A program made the translations under genes and the position numbers. DNA of 49,486 nt from Octopus bimaculoides (lineage: Eukaryota): contig NC_068990.1 in NCBI RefSeq assembly GCF_001194135.2, positions 47,428,069-47,477,554 on the forward strand, written 5' to 3'. The notes beneath the pieces were generated by a model that saw nothing but the letters and a program-made list of their open reading frames with translations, ran no database searches and had not been told where the DNA came from. Shown piece after piece: positions 26,676 to 38,989 of this stretch (positions are counted from its first letter, which is position 1; each line of letters begins with the position of its first letter).

Positions 26676-27581
26676 TGTGTGTGTGTACGCTTTTCTTTTC
26701 TTTTTTCTTTTGCTTTTCTTTTCCTTTACCTCTCTATCAACATAAGTATCTTAGAAACTAACTAGTTTCAATTCAATAATTTTTAATTTTTGTAGTTTTC
26801 TTAGTTTGTAATTTTAAGTTTAGGCTTTAAATTTTAATCTTCAATTTAACTTCAATTCTTAATCATTTATCTCGTATCATTTAATTGTTATTTTAAATAT
26901 CTCTACTAACCACTAAATTATTGTCTTTTGTGACCTTACCGAGATTGGCCCTCCACCCCCACTTTACTGAAATTTTAACTTTTGACCTCTCACCCCGATG
27001 CAATATTGACGTATCTGTATCATGACCTTTACTTTTATTTTATTGTTTATTTTTATTCTTATTTTTTACCTTTTTACCCCTATCTTGTTTTCATTCTTTT
27101 CTCCTCTCTCTCTCTCTCTTTCTTTTCCACTCTCTCTCTCTCTCTCTCTCTTTCTCTTTCCTCTCTCTCTCTCTCTCTCTCTTTCTCTTTCCTCTCTCTC
27201 TCTCTCTCTCTCTCTTTCTTTCTCCTCTCTCCCCCATATACACCTACTCTCAAAACCCATTTATGTCTATCTTACTCTCTCGCTATGCATACACATTTAC
27301 ATACTGTCTATCGCTTCAATATGAATACATCATTCGAAATACTGCCAAAATACCACCTGGATTTTAACTAAGGACCTGTACCTTCATCGAAGTACCGACC
27401 AACATCCATATCCTCTGGAAAAAAGATGAGTTGTGAACATTATTTTCCCGCCTGTAGTCTACCTTTACTCTTTATTCTTCTATTTACACATTTATTCTTC
27501 TATTTTATTCCTTATAAACTATAAATCTATTTCATTCGTTGTAAACTGTAAATTTTCCCTGTCTAAAATATTCATACCTTT

Positions 27582-27655
27582 TCTCTGAAGACGAAACACC
27601 CAGTGCGTGGACATGCTAACCAATCACTTGGGCTATCACAGAAACGGCTGAAAGA
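27582..27655 (+). ncRNA. Degenerate hammerhead in the PLE 3' region
   Basis: UCU-CUGAAGA...cccagug/cacuuggg...GAAAC-GGCU-GAA-AGA; U16.1 lost and basal stem II decayed. Confidence 0.5.
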
Positions 27656-27879
27656 TTTCAAATTCACCTTACCCTAATTAGATTATTCTAAATGATTTGT
27701 GATACTCGTTCTATCTTGGTTTTGCTTTTTCCTCTAATATGATATATATCTGCTATAACAGAACCCTCATACGGATCCCTAGATCCAGCCTCAGCTGTGA
27801 ACTTGAAGCCTAACGGACGACCAGCTATAGCACTTCCTCAAGTTACCTATTCGTTCACAAGTGAACTAAATTTCTTATA

Positions 27880-27887
27880 TTCTCTCG

Positions 27888-27936
<49 letters not shown>

Positions 27937-27972
27937 TCTATCTCTCTCTCTCTCTATCTATCTATCTCTCTC

Positions 27973-28070
<98 letters not shown>

Positions 28071-29206
28071 TCTCTCTCTATCTATCTATCTCTCTCTCTC
28101 TCTCTCTCTCTGTGTATTTGTGTGTGTTTGTGTCTATGTGTGTCTGTGTGTGTGTATGTGTCTATATATAGTTATGTTTGGTAAGTTTTCATTTTTTTTA
28201 TATTTTACATTTGTTGGTGTTTGGTTTCGTTTAGCTTGATATTGCTTAGTTAAGTTTGATCAAGTTTGCTTATGTTTGGCTCAGCTTTTGTGAGATTTAG
28301 TTAAATCAAGTTTGGTTTCTCAAGCTTTGTTTAATTAGGTTTGGTTCGTTTAGGTTTGGTTATCGTTTGGGTTGGGTTTGACTGATTTGGCCACGTGCGG
28401 TTTGATTATCTTTAGTTTGCTTAAACTTAGTTTGGTTCGCTAGTTTTGGCCTTGTTATGTTTGGTTACATTTCTTAAACTATTTTTGGTTAATTCTGTTT
28501 ATATTTGGTTTTGTGATGTACAGTTAGGTTCGATTTCGATAGGTTTGTATTGGTTTACTTAAGTTTGGTTTGACTTAGTTACGGTTTTGCTTGCTCTGAT
28601 TTACTACCCTTAATTTAACTTTGGTTTCAGTGAATTTTGTCCTTATTAAGTTTGGTTTTGTTAACTTACGTTAGGTTTTATTCAATTCGAATTATTGTTT
28701 AAGTTTGTTTGGGTTTGTCTTGGTTTGTCGTATGCTTCTTTAGCCTCTTTTTTCTATCTTAATAAAAAAGGAAGAATATTTTATCTTTGTGGTTTTCATT
28801 GTGTTGTATGTTTGTTTGCTTATTTTTCTTCATTCCTTGGTTTTGCTTTTTCCTCTAATATAATATATACTCGCACTGTTTGTCATTTGTTGATTTGGAA
28901 AAGAAGTAAAAATAGCAAATAACGAAGAGAGAAAAACAAAAAAAAAGAAATAAAATGAAAGAATAACAGGAGAAGTGAACATACACATCCATCCATTCAT
29001 TTGTCTATACATACATACATACATTCATCCATAAACACATCTATGCATACATCCATACATGCAGCTACATATGCATATATCGATTCATATACGCAGTGTA
29101 TGTACATACATAGGTATGTACGTATGCATGCATATATGTCTATGAATCTTTGCATGTATACATATATATGTATGTATATATGTGTGTGTATATATATATA
29201 TATGTA

Positions 29207-29247
<41 letters not shown>

Positions 29248-29500
29248 GTGTGTGTGTGTGCATATTTGTGTGTGTATGCCAATCTTCGTGAATATATGCA
29301 TATCTGTATTTATGTGTGTATGCATTGATATGTATATGTGTTTGTGTGTCCGTCTATCTACTTGCATATATGCATATATGTATACGTTTATGCATGCATG
29401 TATGTATGTATAATTGAGAGTGTGTGCGTGTGTGCGCGCGTGCATGCGTGTGTGCGCGCGTGCATGCGTGTGTATGACTGTATATTTGTGTTTATATGTA
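27880..29500. repeat. (CT)n block, T/G-skewed degenerate minisatellite (28170-28750), then CA/TG microsatellites
   Basis: Directly visible; recurring gtttggtt/aagtttggt/taggttt words. Confidence 0.85.
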
Positions 29501-29852
29501 GATTGAAATGTCGAAGAACAATCTAGAATTTCTAAAAAAAAGTAGTTTCGAATTATTTCACAATAAATTAAAGATGAATCATTATTAAGTAGCCAATTTG
29601 GTCAATAATGAAATTGAGGTTTAAAAGAAAGAAATACATTATCACGCCCTCTCGCATATTTTGGGCGGAGTAAATGAAAGACAATGATCAACGGCGTCTG
29701 TGTAATTTAGCAAGAAGGAGCTTCTTTGAGGTCGCCCAATCTGTTAGATATAACAGCCAAATTTTCTTCAAACTAAGCTATTATATCTTGGATAGATACT
29801 ATGGCCCGAGATACACTGAAGGAAAAAAGAATCGTATAGCCAACTGCATGAT

Positions 29853-30010
29853 GACTATGTAGTTAAAAAGTTCGCTCATCTCGCCACCGTGCGTCTGAGG
29901 TTCGGTCCAACAACGTTGGAACTATGGGCAAATGTCTTCTACTATCGCCTCTGGTTGGCAAATGTTTTGTGAATGAAAACGAAATTTGAAAAGTGTGCAG
30001 AAACTCGCTG
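29853..30010 (+). mobile_element. SINE family A, decayed 5' half
   Basis: tgactatgtagttaaaaagttcgc...tatgggcaaatgtcttctactatcgcctc. Confidence 0.7.
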
Positions 30011-30269
30011 CGTGTGTGTGTATATATGTGCAAATATTGGTGTGTATATATATGTTGAACATGAATCTGGTGAGGTTAGAGTAGATAGGGATGTTAGGAA
30101 NNNNNNNNNNNNNNNNNNNNNNNNNNNNNNNNNNNNNNNNNNNNNNNNNNNNNNNNNNNNNNNNNNNNNNNNNNNNNNNNNNNNNNNNNNNNNNNNNNNN
30201 CATACATACATACATACATACATACATAATTATTTATCTATTTATATATTTATGTATAAGTATGTCCTA

Positions 30270-30720
30270 GGTATGACTTTAAGCTGCAACCAGTTGTGGG
30301 GAACTGTTCTGGGAGTTCCAGGATGTTGAGATCGGGAGTAGTAAACACCTGTCAAAAACCCACCTACTGGTTAGTCAGCAAGTCAGTCGGGCAGATGGAG
30401 CTCGTTAGCCTTGGGGGACAATCCATCCATTGGAAGGAAAACCCTGATTCCAAATATCTGCCTCCTCGCACCCATACGCAGCCAAGGATAAGATTTCGGG
30501 AGTAAACCCTGAAGAAAAATCAAATATAGGAGCTCCTGGCACAGTTCGGCGTTGTCCACAACCTCGTTCGGGCAACTCCTGCAACGACACTGCGACGAAA
30601 TTATAATAGCCGTGCTGTTCCTTTGGAACATACATATCGAACCGAACATTCTATACTTGAGAGATAGCTGCCCAAGTAGGGCGGACAACTAGGACCTTCA
30701 TCCATTGTCATTAATGACAA
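30270..30720 (+). mobile_element. LINE (probably RTE-clade) 5' UTR-like fragment
   Basis: GC-richer segment with gaaggaaaaccctgattccaaa, ttcgggagtaaaccctga, caacctcgttc.ggcaactcctgc.acgac, recalled from RTE leaders. Confidence 0.45.
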
Positions 30721-30802
30721 ATGGCGGCCTCAAAGTATGTTTGCCTATGTATATCTAATTATTCATTCATACATACATATGTATGTATGTATGTATGTAT
30801 AA

Positions 30803-31122
30803 AACCAGCACTCCGGCGGTTACGACGACCAGTGTTCCAGTTGATCCGATCAAAGGAACAGCCTTCTCGGAAAATTAACGAGTAAGTGGCTAAGTACTCC
30901 ACAAATACACGTACCCCTAACGTAGTTCTCAGGGAGATTCAACGTAACACAGAATGTGGCACGGTTGGCCCTTTGAAGTACAACTATTAGTCCTTTTTTA
31001 CAGTTGAATGAACTGGCATAACGTTAACTGTCTTGCTCAAGGATACAATACGCTGCCGGGAATCAAACTCACGACTTTACGGTCGTGAGCTGAATTCCCT
31101 AATCATTAAGCCACGCGCCTTC
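30803..31122 (-). mobile_element. tRNA-derived SINE, family D
   Basis: Minus-strand head tgaaggcgcgtggcttaatg...gagtttgattcc, CORE-like tccttgagcaagac; 3' body homologous to 36610-36805. Confidence 0.88.
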
Positions 31123-31177
31123 ATAGACATACACGCACGCATACACACACACATATACATACATACATACATACATA

Positions 31178-31211
<34 letters not shown>

Positions 31212-31289
31212 TATATACGCACACGTAAATATATGTATGTATATATGTGCGCGCGTGCGTGTAATTGTTACTGCTTTATAGTGATTTGT

Positions 31290-31500
31290 GTAGGTGCAGG
31301 TATGGCTGTGTGGTAAAAATCCTCACCACCTCTTGACATTCGGTGTTGGTGTATTTACGTCCCTGTAACAAAGCGGTTCGGAAAAAACGACCGATAGAAT
31401 AAGTACCGGGCTAAGAAAAATAAATACTAGAGTTGATTCGTTCGACTAAAATCATTCAACGCGGTGTCCCAGCACAGCCGCAGTCTTGAAACAAACAAAA
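31290..31500 (+). mobile_element. SINE family A, internally deleted
   Basis: Head tggctgtgtggtaa joined directly to the 3' body (gcggttcgg...gatagaataagtac...cagcacagccgcagtc). Confidence 0.85.
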
Positions 31501-31629
31501 AAGATATATATATATATATATATATATTAATAGTAATAGTATGACAACAAAAGAATGAATGAGACCTCGATATTATGTAAGTAGAAGAATTTATCTGTAA
31601 TATAATATGTGACAATTATTCGGTTGCCA

Positions 31630-31692
31630 TTATAAAACTCCGAGTTTCGGATGTCGGGGCGGAAATCTGCTCCGGCATCTCGTCAGTTATTA
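31630..31692 (-). ncRNA. Minimal type-I hammerhead, near-intact
   Basis: UAAUAA-CUGACGA-GAUG...CAUC-C-GAAAC-UCGGA-GUU-UUAUAA; quasi-palindromic stem III ACUC-G-GAGU; one stem II base apparently deleted. Confidence 0.7.
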
Positions 31693-31938
31693 AGACAAAC
31701 AAAAATGCTATGAAAATGGCCGTTAAACAAAAGGAAATTACTATATAAATTATCGTCATTAAGACAAACAAAAGAGCTATTAGAATGACTGTTAAAAAAG
31801 GGGGAAAATCCGAAGGGAAGAAAGTAAAAAACGCTCATAGAATTCGCGTACTTTCCAAAGATTTCTAATGTCGTTTCTTCATACTTTGGGATTTACTTAT
31901 ATAAATTTGTATAGGTATGAAAACTTGTACAGAAATAA

Positions 31939-32353
31939 TCAGTATATAATTTAACTTATTAAACACAGTTCAACAAATTCATTCATATTTATGTAATGGA
32001 GGAAATTAGATGTTAAAATGGATAATAGTTTTTATTTTTCATGTTGCTATACAATTTATTTCATACAAAAAGGCGAGCAGACTACAAGAACGAGCACATT
32101 AACCCAGTATGATAACTAAGAGAAAATCTATGTACTTCTAACATCTTTTTTAGTTTTTATACCAGCTACCGACGAGTACAAATATGACTATTACGATTTT
32201 CTCTTATGAATATCTGAGTCTTTTTGTATGAAACAAATTGTATAGCAACGCAAAAAATAAAAACTATAATCCATTTTAACATCTAATTTCCTCCATTACA
32301 TAAATACGAATGGATTTGTTAAACTGTGTTTAATAAGTTAAATCATATACTGA
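31939..32353. mobile_element. MITE with about 135 bp TIRs
   Basis: tcagtata..atttaacttattaaacacagtt...catacaaaaag (31939-32072) is the reverse complement of 32217-32353; extra inner inverted repeat taagagaaaatc/gattttctctta. Confidence 0.88.
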
Positions 32354-32360
32354 GTGTGTG

Positions 32361-32406
<46 letters not shown>

Positions 32407-34710
32407 NNNNNNNNNNNNNNNNNNNNNNNNNNNNNNNNNNNNNNNNNNNNNNNNNNNNNNNNNNNNNNNNNNNNNNNNNNNNNNNNNNNNNNNNNNNNNN
32501 NNNNNNNNNNNNNNNNNNNNNNNNNNNNNNNNNNNNNNNNNNNNNNNNNNNNNNNNNNNNNNNNNNNNNNNNNNNNNNNNNNNNNNNNNNNNNNNNNNNN
32601 NNNNNNNNNNNNNNNNNNNNNNNNNNNNNNNNNNNNNNNNNNNNNNNNNNNNNNNNNNNNNNNNNNNNNNNNNNNNNNNNNNNNNNNNNNNNNNNNNNNN
32701 NNNNNNNNNNNNNNNNNNNNNNNNNNNNNNNNNNNNNNNNNNNNNNNNNNNNNNNNNNNNNNNNNNNNNNNNNNNNNNNNNNNNNNNNNNNNNNNNNNNN
32801 NNNNNNNNNNNNNNNNNNNNNNNNNNNNNNNNNNNNNNNNNNNNNNNNNNNNNNNNNNNNNNNNNNNNNNNNNNNNNNNNNNNNNNNNNNNNNNNNNNNN
32901 NNNNNNNNNNNNNNNNNNNNNNNNNNNNNNNNNNNNNNNNNNNNNNNNNNNNNNNNNNNNNNNNNNNNNNNNNNNNNNNNNNNNNNNNNNNNNNNNNNNN
33001 NNNNNNNNNNNNNNNNNNNNNNNNNNNNNNNNNNNNNNNNNNNNNNNNNNNNNNNNNNNNNNNNNNNNNNNNNNNNNNNNNNNNNNNNNNNNNNNNNNNN
33101 NNNNNNNNNNNNNNNNNNNNNNNNNNNNNNNNNNNNNNNNNNNNNNNNNNNNNNNNNNNNNNNNNNNNNNNNNNNNNNNNNNNNNNNNNNNNNNNNNNNN
33201 NNNNNNNNNNNNNNNNNNNNNNNNNNNNNNNNNNNNNNNNNNNNNNNNNNNNNNNNNNNNNNNNNNNNNNNNNNNNNNNNNNNNNNNNNNNNNNNNNNNN
33301 NNNNNNNCTCTCCCCACAATTCCTGGACTTGTCCCAAAATTTTAACCCAATACATACATACAAACAAACAAACATACATACACACGCACACACACGCACA
33401 CACACACACATACATACATACATACATACATACATACATACATACATACATACATACATACATACCGCGAATGTAATATGAGCCAATGTTCTACATTATT
33501 CTCTCTGCGCTGGTGTGTTTGCCATGTTGTTTATGAGAGAGAGGAAGAAAGAAGATAGATAGCTTGGCGGCAGATCGATGAGTTGAGAGAAGGAAAATAG
33601 TGACGTAAATTAAAGATGAGCAGAGATAAGCTCAGGACTTATGTGCTGTATTGGCTTAGCGATGGATCTATTGGCAAATTAGGAATTACTAATAGATCAC
33701 GTGTTGAATTATAAGAACTTCTCGAGAATGTAGATTCAGTTGGATCTATGCATTATTTGCTTTACCATACATGTCTGATAATCTATACGTGCATGCCTAA
33801 ACAGATTATAGATCTGGTAAAATGATAACAGCCTGTGGCATATCCTTGACATAATACTTATCATTGGGAGATATATGTGCTGCCGCTAGTGGTGGCGGAG
33901 GTGCTGCTACTGTTGCTTTCTTCCTGATTAATTACTGGAGTATATACATATATGTAATATGTGCATTTGTGAATGTATGTCTGTTTGTATGTTATGAGTT
34001 GACTCAATATCAACCAAGCAGACGCCCACGAAGCCATATACATAATTACTCACCGTCTGATACGGAAGGTTTCTATCATTCAACCACGGTAGTAGTTGAA
34101 TATATTCTTAAGACCACCATTTCGTCAATCGCAGCAGCTTCCAAGCTTCACCACTAATTCAGTTCTCAACTAAATTGCAAACTGTTAATAGTTTTAAAGA
34201 GGACACCTCCTCAGCTACACTTTGCCATAAATAGTTTGAGATTTGGTTCAGTAGAAAAAAAGTTACATCAAAATATCTGCGACCTCAAGAGGGGCAGTAA
34301 GGCAGATATTCATCTTCAATTAACATAAATGTTTTAATTTTTAATTAAAAGTATACTTTTCTTAAGCTTAAATGATAGAAAAATGCGTGGGGAATTCAGA
34401 ATCACTTGTCGCATTGATTGAAAATTAGTAGAAAACCAGNNNNNNNNNNNNNNNNNNNNNNNNNNNNNNNNNNNNNNNNNNNNNNNNNNNNNNNNNNNNN
34501 NNNNNNNNNNNNNNNNNNNNNNNNNNNNNNNNNNNNNNNNNNNNNNNNNNNNNNNNNNNNNNNNNNNNNNNNNNNNNNNNNNNNNNNNNNNNNNNNNNNN
34601 NNNNNNNNNNNNNNNNNNNNNNNNNNNNNNNNNNNNNNNNNNNNNNNNNNNNNNNNNNNNNNNNNNNNNNNNNNNNNNNNNNNNNNNNNNNNNNNNNNNN
34701 NNNNNNNNNN

Positions 34711-35085
34711 GTCTGTCTTTACTAATTCAAACTTCGCCGAAGTTGACTTTGACCTACAGATTATTTAATTAAATTCTTTTTTTTTAACTAAACACTTTCA
34801 AACTTCCGATACTGTTATAATATGTCACATAGAACAGGGTTTATCTTAACGTTTTTGACAAAATTTTGTATTTTAGAAGCGGTATTTCGTCTGTCTTTAC
34901 GTTCAGAGTTCAAATTCCGCCGAGGTCGACTTTTCCTTTCATCCATTAGACGTACAGATTATTTGATTAATTTTTTTTTAACTTAACACTTTCAGACTCC
35001 CGATACTGGTAGAATGTGTCACATAGAACAGGGTTTACTCTTAATGTCTTTGACAAAATTTTGTATTTTAGATGTTATTTCGTCA
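34711..35085 (+). repeat. Tandem dimer of a composite unit of about 185 bp (SINE-C head fragment plus AT-rich body)
   Basis: gtctgtcttta...tacagattattt...aacactttca...gtcacatagaacagggttta...tgacaaaattttgtatttt occurs twice. Confidence 0.85.
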
Positions 35086-35244
35086 GAAGTTACAGAGTGA
35101 CTAGAGACAAATTTGTGTTTGATAAGTGCCAATACACGAAACTCTCAGCTTTTGACTTACTCTCTAACTTCTGCCAATGATATATATACTTATTACATAT
35201 ATGTGTAAAAAAATCTTATCATGCAATCGAACCAATGAGATAGC

Positions 35245-35425
35245 CGGTACCTGGTCGCTCGACACGCTAAAAATAGCAGCCAAAGTATCCCTCTACCTAA
35301 ATCACACGCCCATTATATGTAATGTCCTAGGTTATCCCTAAAAAGACGGTTTGCTGCAGGTTGGAACGTCATTGATGATACGTTTGCAGTATCAGTGTTG
35401 ATTTGAGGCTAAATAACAACAACAT
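35245..35425 (+). repeat. Family B repeat copy
   Basis: aaaatagcagccaaa...aatgtccta...aaaagacgg...ggctaaataacaacaac. Confidence 0.55.
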
Positions 35426-36502
35426 TATGGTCAATTTCTATATTAACACCTGCACGATTTTCACTAAGACAAAAAAAAATGATTTTTTGAGTGGAACCAA
35501 GTATCATGACCTCCTAATATGCTGCAAANNNNNNNNNNNNNNNNNNNNNNNNNNNNNNNNNNNNNNNNNNNNNNNNNNNNNNNNNNNNNNNNNNNNNNNN
35601 NNNNNNNNNNNNNNNNNNNNNNNNNNNNNNNNNNNNNNNNNNNNNNNNNNNNNNNNNNNNNNNNNNNNNNNNNNNNNNNNNNNNNNNNNNNNNNNNNNNN
35701 NNNNNNNNNNNNNNNNNNNNNNNNNNNNNNNNNNNNNNNNNNNNNNNNNNNNNNNNNNNNNNNNNNNNNNNNNNNNNNNNNNNNNNNNNNNNNNNNNNNN
35801 NNNNNNNNNNNNNNNNNNNNNNNNNNNNNNNNNNNNNNNNNNNNNNNNNNNNNNNNNNNNNNNNNNNNNNNNNNNNNNNNNNNNNNNNNNNNNNNNNNNN
35901 NNNNNNNNNNNNNNNNNNNNNNNNNNNNNNNNNNNNNNNNNNNNNNNNNNNNNNNNNNNNNNNNNNNNNNNNNNNNNNNNNNNNNNNNNNNNNNNNNNNN
36001 NNNNNNNNNNNNNNNNNNNNNNNNNNNNNNNNNNNNNNNNNNNNNNNNNNNNNNNNNNNNNNNNNNNNNNNNNNNNNNNNNNNNNNNNNNNNNNNNNNNN
36101 NNNNNNNNNNNNNNNNNNNNNNNNNNNNNNNNNNNNNNNNNNNNNNNNNNNNNNNNNNNNNNNNNNNNNNNNNNNNNNNNNNNNNNNNNNNNNNNNNNNN
36201 NNNNNNNNNNNNNNNNNNNNNNNNNNNNNNNNNNNNNNNNNNNNNNNNNNNNNNNNNNNNNNNNNNNNNNNNNNNNNNNNNNNNNNNNNNNNNNNNNNNN
36301 NNNNNNNNNNNNNNNNNNNNNNNNNNNNNNNNNNNNNNNNNNNNNNNNNNNNNNNNNNNNNNNNNNNNNNNNNNNNNNNNNNNNNNNNNNNNNNNNNNNN
36401 NNNNNNNNNNNNNNNNNNNNNNNNNNNNNNNNNNNNNNNNNNNNNNNNNNNNNNNNNNNNNNNNNNNNNNNNNNNNNNNNNNNNNNNNNNNNNNNNNNNN
36501 NN

Positions 36503-36955
36503 GTTGTGAGTGTTTATTGAGCGAAAACACCTAAAGCTCCACGAGGCTCCGGCAGGGGATGGTGGCAAACCCTGCTGTACTCTTTCACCACAACTTTCTC
36601 TCATTCTTACTTCCTGTTTCTGTTGTGCCTGTAATTCAAAGGGTCAGCCTTGTCACACTGTGTCACGCTGAATATCCCCGAGAACTACGTTGAGGGTACA
36701 CGTGTCTGTGGAGTGCTCAGCCACTTGAACGTTAATTTCACGAGCAGGCTGTTCCGTTGATCGGATCAACTGGAACCTTCGACGTCGTAAGCGGCGGAGT
36801 GCCAACAACTCAACTGGTACTTATTTCACCGATTCTCGAAATGATAAAAGGCTAGGTCGACCTTGGTGGTGTTTAAACTCAGAATGTAAAAACGAATGAA
36901 ATGCCGCCAAACATTTTGTCCAGTGTGCTGACGATTCTGCCAGCTCGCCACCTTA
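36503..36955. mobile_element. SINE-D 3' body (+, to about 36810) abutting a family C SINE (-, 36808-36955)
   Basis: 36610-36805 is a high-identity reverse complement of 30815-30985; minus-strand tgagtttaaacaccaccaaggtcgacc is B-box-like. Confidence 0.8.
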
Positions 36956-37056
36956 ACTTAGCCAATAATACTCACTAGTCAAAATAGTCGAATAGACAGT
37001 TTCTTCATTAAAATATTTGTATTGCAGAGACGAAATAGAGACTGATAAATATTTCA

Positions 37057-37455
37057 GTGGCAGGCATAGCTGTACGATTAAGAAGCTTCGTTCGCAACAG
37101 CATAGTTTTGGGATCAGTCCTATGTGCAGCATGCTGGATAAGCATCTACTACTACAGATCGGGGCCGACCAATGATTTGTAAGTGAATTTGGCAAGCAGA
37201 AACTACGTGAGAACCCTTCGTATATATATGTGTGTGGGTCTGTGTGCGTGTCTGTGTTTGTCTCTCCATCGTTTGACAACCAGTGTTGGTTTGTCTACGT
37301 CCCCGCAACATAGCGGTTCGGCTAAAGAGACCGATAGACTAAATTTCAGAGTTTTAAAAAAGATAAGTACTAGGGTCGATTTGTTCAGCTAAAGCCCTTC
37401 AAGACGGTGCCCCAGCATGACCGTAGTCCAATGACTGAAACAAATAAAAGATAAG
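37057..37455 (+). mobile_element. Full-length SINE family A (diverged)
   Basis: Colinear with 16897-17318. Confidence 0.9.
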
Positions 37456-37792
37456 GGATTAGTGGTGTCTAAGTGTAATGGATTGGTTGTATTGTTGGAG
37501 TGTCGAACAAAGTGCGTTGCAGTATTTCTCTTGACTCTTTACATTCTGAGTTCAAATCTCGCAAAGGTAAACTTTGCCTTTGAGGAAGAAGGGAATGAAA
37601 CTGGTGATGGAACTGATACGAAGTAGGCGGATAGAAGTCAAGTGAATAGCTAGAGCCAATGGCGATGTGCACTGGAAGAAGAGGACAATTTGAGATAGCC
37701 ATAAGAAAAGAAGAAGAGGACCTCGAGATAGCCATAAAAAAATCGGATACTGGGTTCGATACCGCAAAAGCAATTTGATTCAGGATCAAAAG

Positions 37793-37861
<69 letters not shown>

Positions 37862-38613
37862 GCATACATACATTTGATTAAATCCGCTTCGAAAATATGT
37901 GATAATCGAAAAGTTACAAATATTTTCTATTTTAAAAAATATATTTTCTAGGATAAAACATTATCTCACCTAAAACTGTTGGAAAACAGGCAACAATACG
38001 AAGGAAACGTAATTATACAGTGCGTGCCCCTTTTGTCTATCTCTCTCTATATCGATCTATTTCTGTTTCTTTCTCTCGGTTTTTTTATCGCTCTCTAGTT
38101 CTCTCAGTCCGCCCCTTCACCTTGCTAGAGATGTATACATTAATGTTATGTTAAAGTGGAGCCAATATGCTGCATTTTAATGGAGATTAATCCTTTACCA
38201 AGCAATTGCATTGGTTTGTTGCATTACTCTATGAATTTTGATGGCATCGCCTTTCTGTGAGAAGACAAACAAACAAAAACGAACACGCTCCAAAAGAACT
38301 GTTGTCGTTTAAAATCAAGCGGACATCTTGTCTTTCGGATGGAATCGAATTAGATAATTGCCGAAGAAATTGTATGAAAGACCATAAGCGCAACAAAACC
38401 AACTGTTCTTCTCACAAACACGAATCCTATTCTAGGCAGGTGTTAGAAGGATTGAAGATAATAAAACAGAACGGACTGAAACAGGAATGAAGGGAAGATT
38501 AGCAACATTACTAAGGAATCAAAAACAATATGAGACGAACATAAGTTAAATTTGAAGCTTCAACAATGATATTTTATTTCCTTTTCTGGTAAGATAAATA
38601 ACATATATAAACA

Positions 38614-38649
<36 letters not shown>

Positions 38650-38773
38650 GCGCGTGCATATCGATATTATATACGCATATATATATATATCATCAGTAGA
38701 ACATAAATAGGAAAGAGAAGCACACTAAGTTATAGAGCAGTATATAATATAAAAGTTAGAATAGGACAGTTTA

Positions 38774-38836
38774 TGGGATTACCTTTGGTTTCACGTCCTT
38801 AAAGCGCTTAGCTTTACGGCGTGTCATCAGATCCCA
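38774..38836 (-). ncRNA. Type-I hammerhead ribozyme with intact core
   Basis: UGGGAU-CUGAUGA-C-ACG..(uaaagc/gcuuua)..CGU-GAA-ACC(aaa)GGU-A-AUCCCA; 6 bp stem I, GUA site, predicted cut between 38780 and 38779. Confidence 0.85.
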
Positions 38837-38989
38837 AAACCAGTTGGCTTAAGGCCTCTTTAGCGAGGGTCCTCTCTAGAATATGGAGGAGGAAATGACC
38901 TCGATACTCAATGTCAACAACAGGAGAGAGTCTCCCTTTGGCTATCGATCGCTATGCATAGCGGAACGGGCGCTTTTTGAGATTTCCCT

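Larger units (their letters stand above)
22870..27750 (+). mobile_element. Near-complete, interrupted PLE (RT, N/T-rich linker, GIY-YIG, long 3' pLTR-like region); Naiad-like
   Basis: LIRRMRWRAFF, VFYDKTGN, LKDHK, FLQFDINNYYASI, FDITMGSSDSAQVTDLVGLYLL, YRDDAL, NFLDVILDL, ILWFTPSF, CNCR..CPL, FKQRYSAHINSF, CGLCLKE, LNKQHE; stops, frameshifts and insertions. Confidence 0.9.

Noticed and set aside
34048-34160. Perfect minus-strand donor cagacg|GTGAGT with upstream EYIQLLPWLNDRNLPYQT
   Set aside because: No acceptor with a pyrimidine tract gives an open frame, and there is an in-frame stop just upstream
35118-35155. ttgataa-gtg-ccaata-cac-gaaac, HHR-like
   Set aside because: Two core mismatches, and neither stem I nor the cleavage site is supported
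20443-36604. ORFs of 300-380 aa in the track
   Set aside because: They run through N gaps (X residues) and are artefacts
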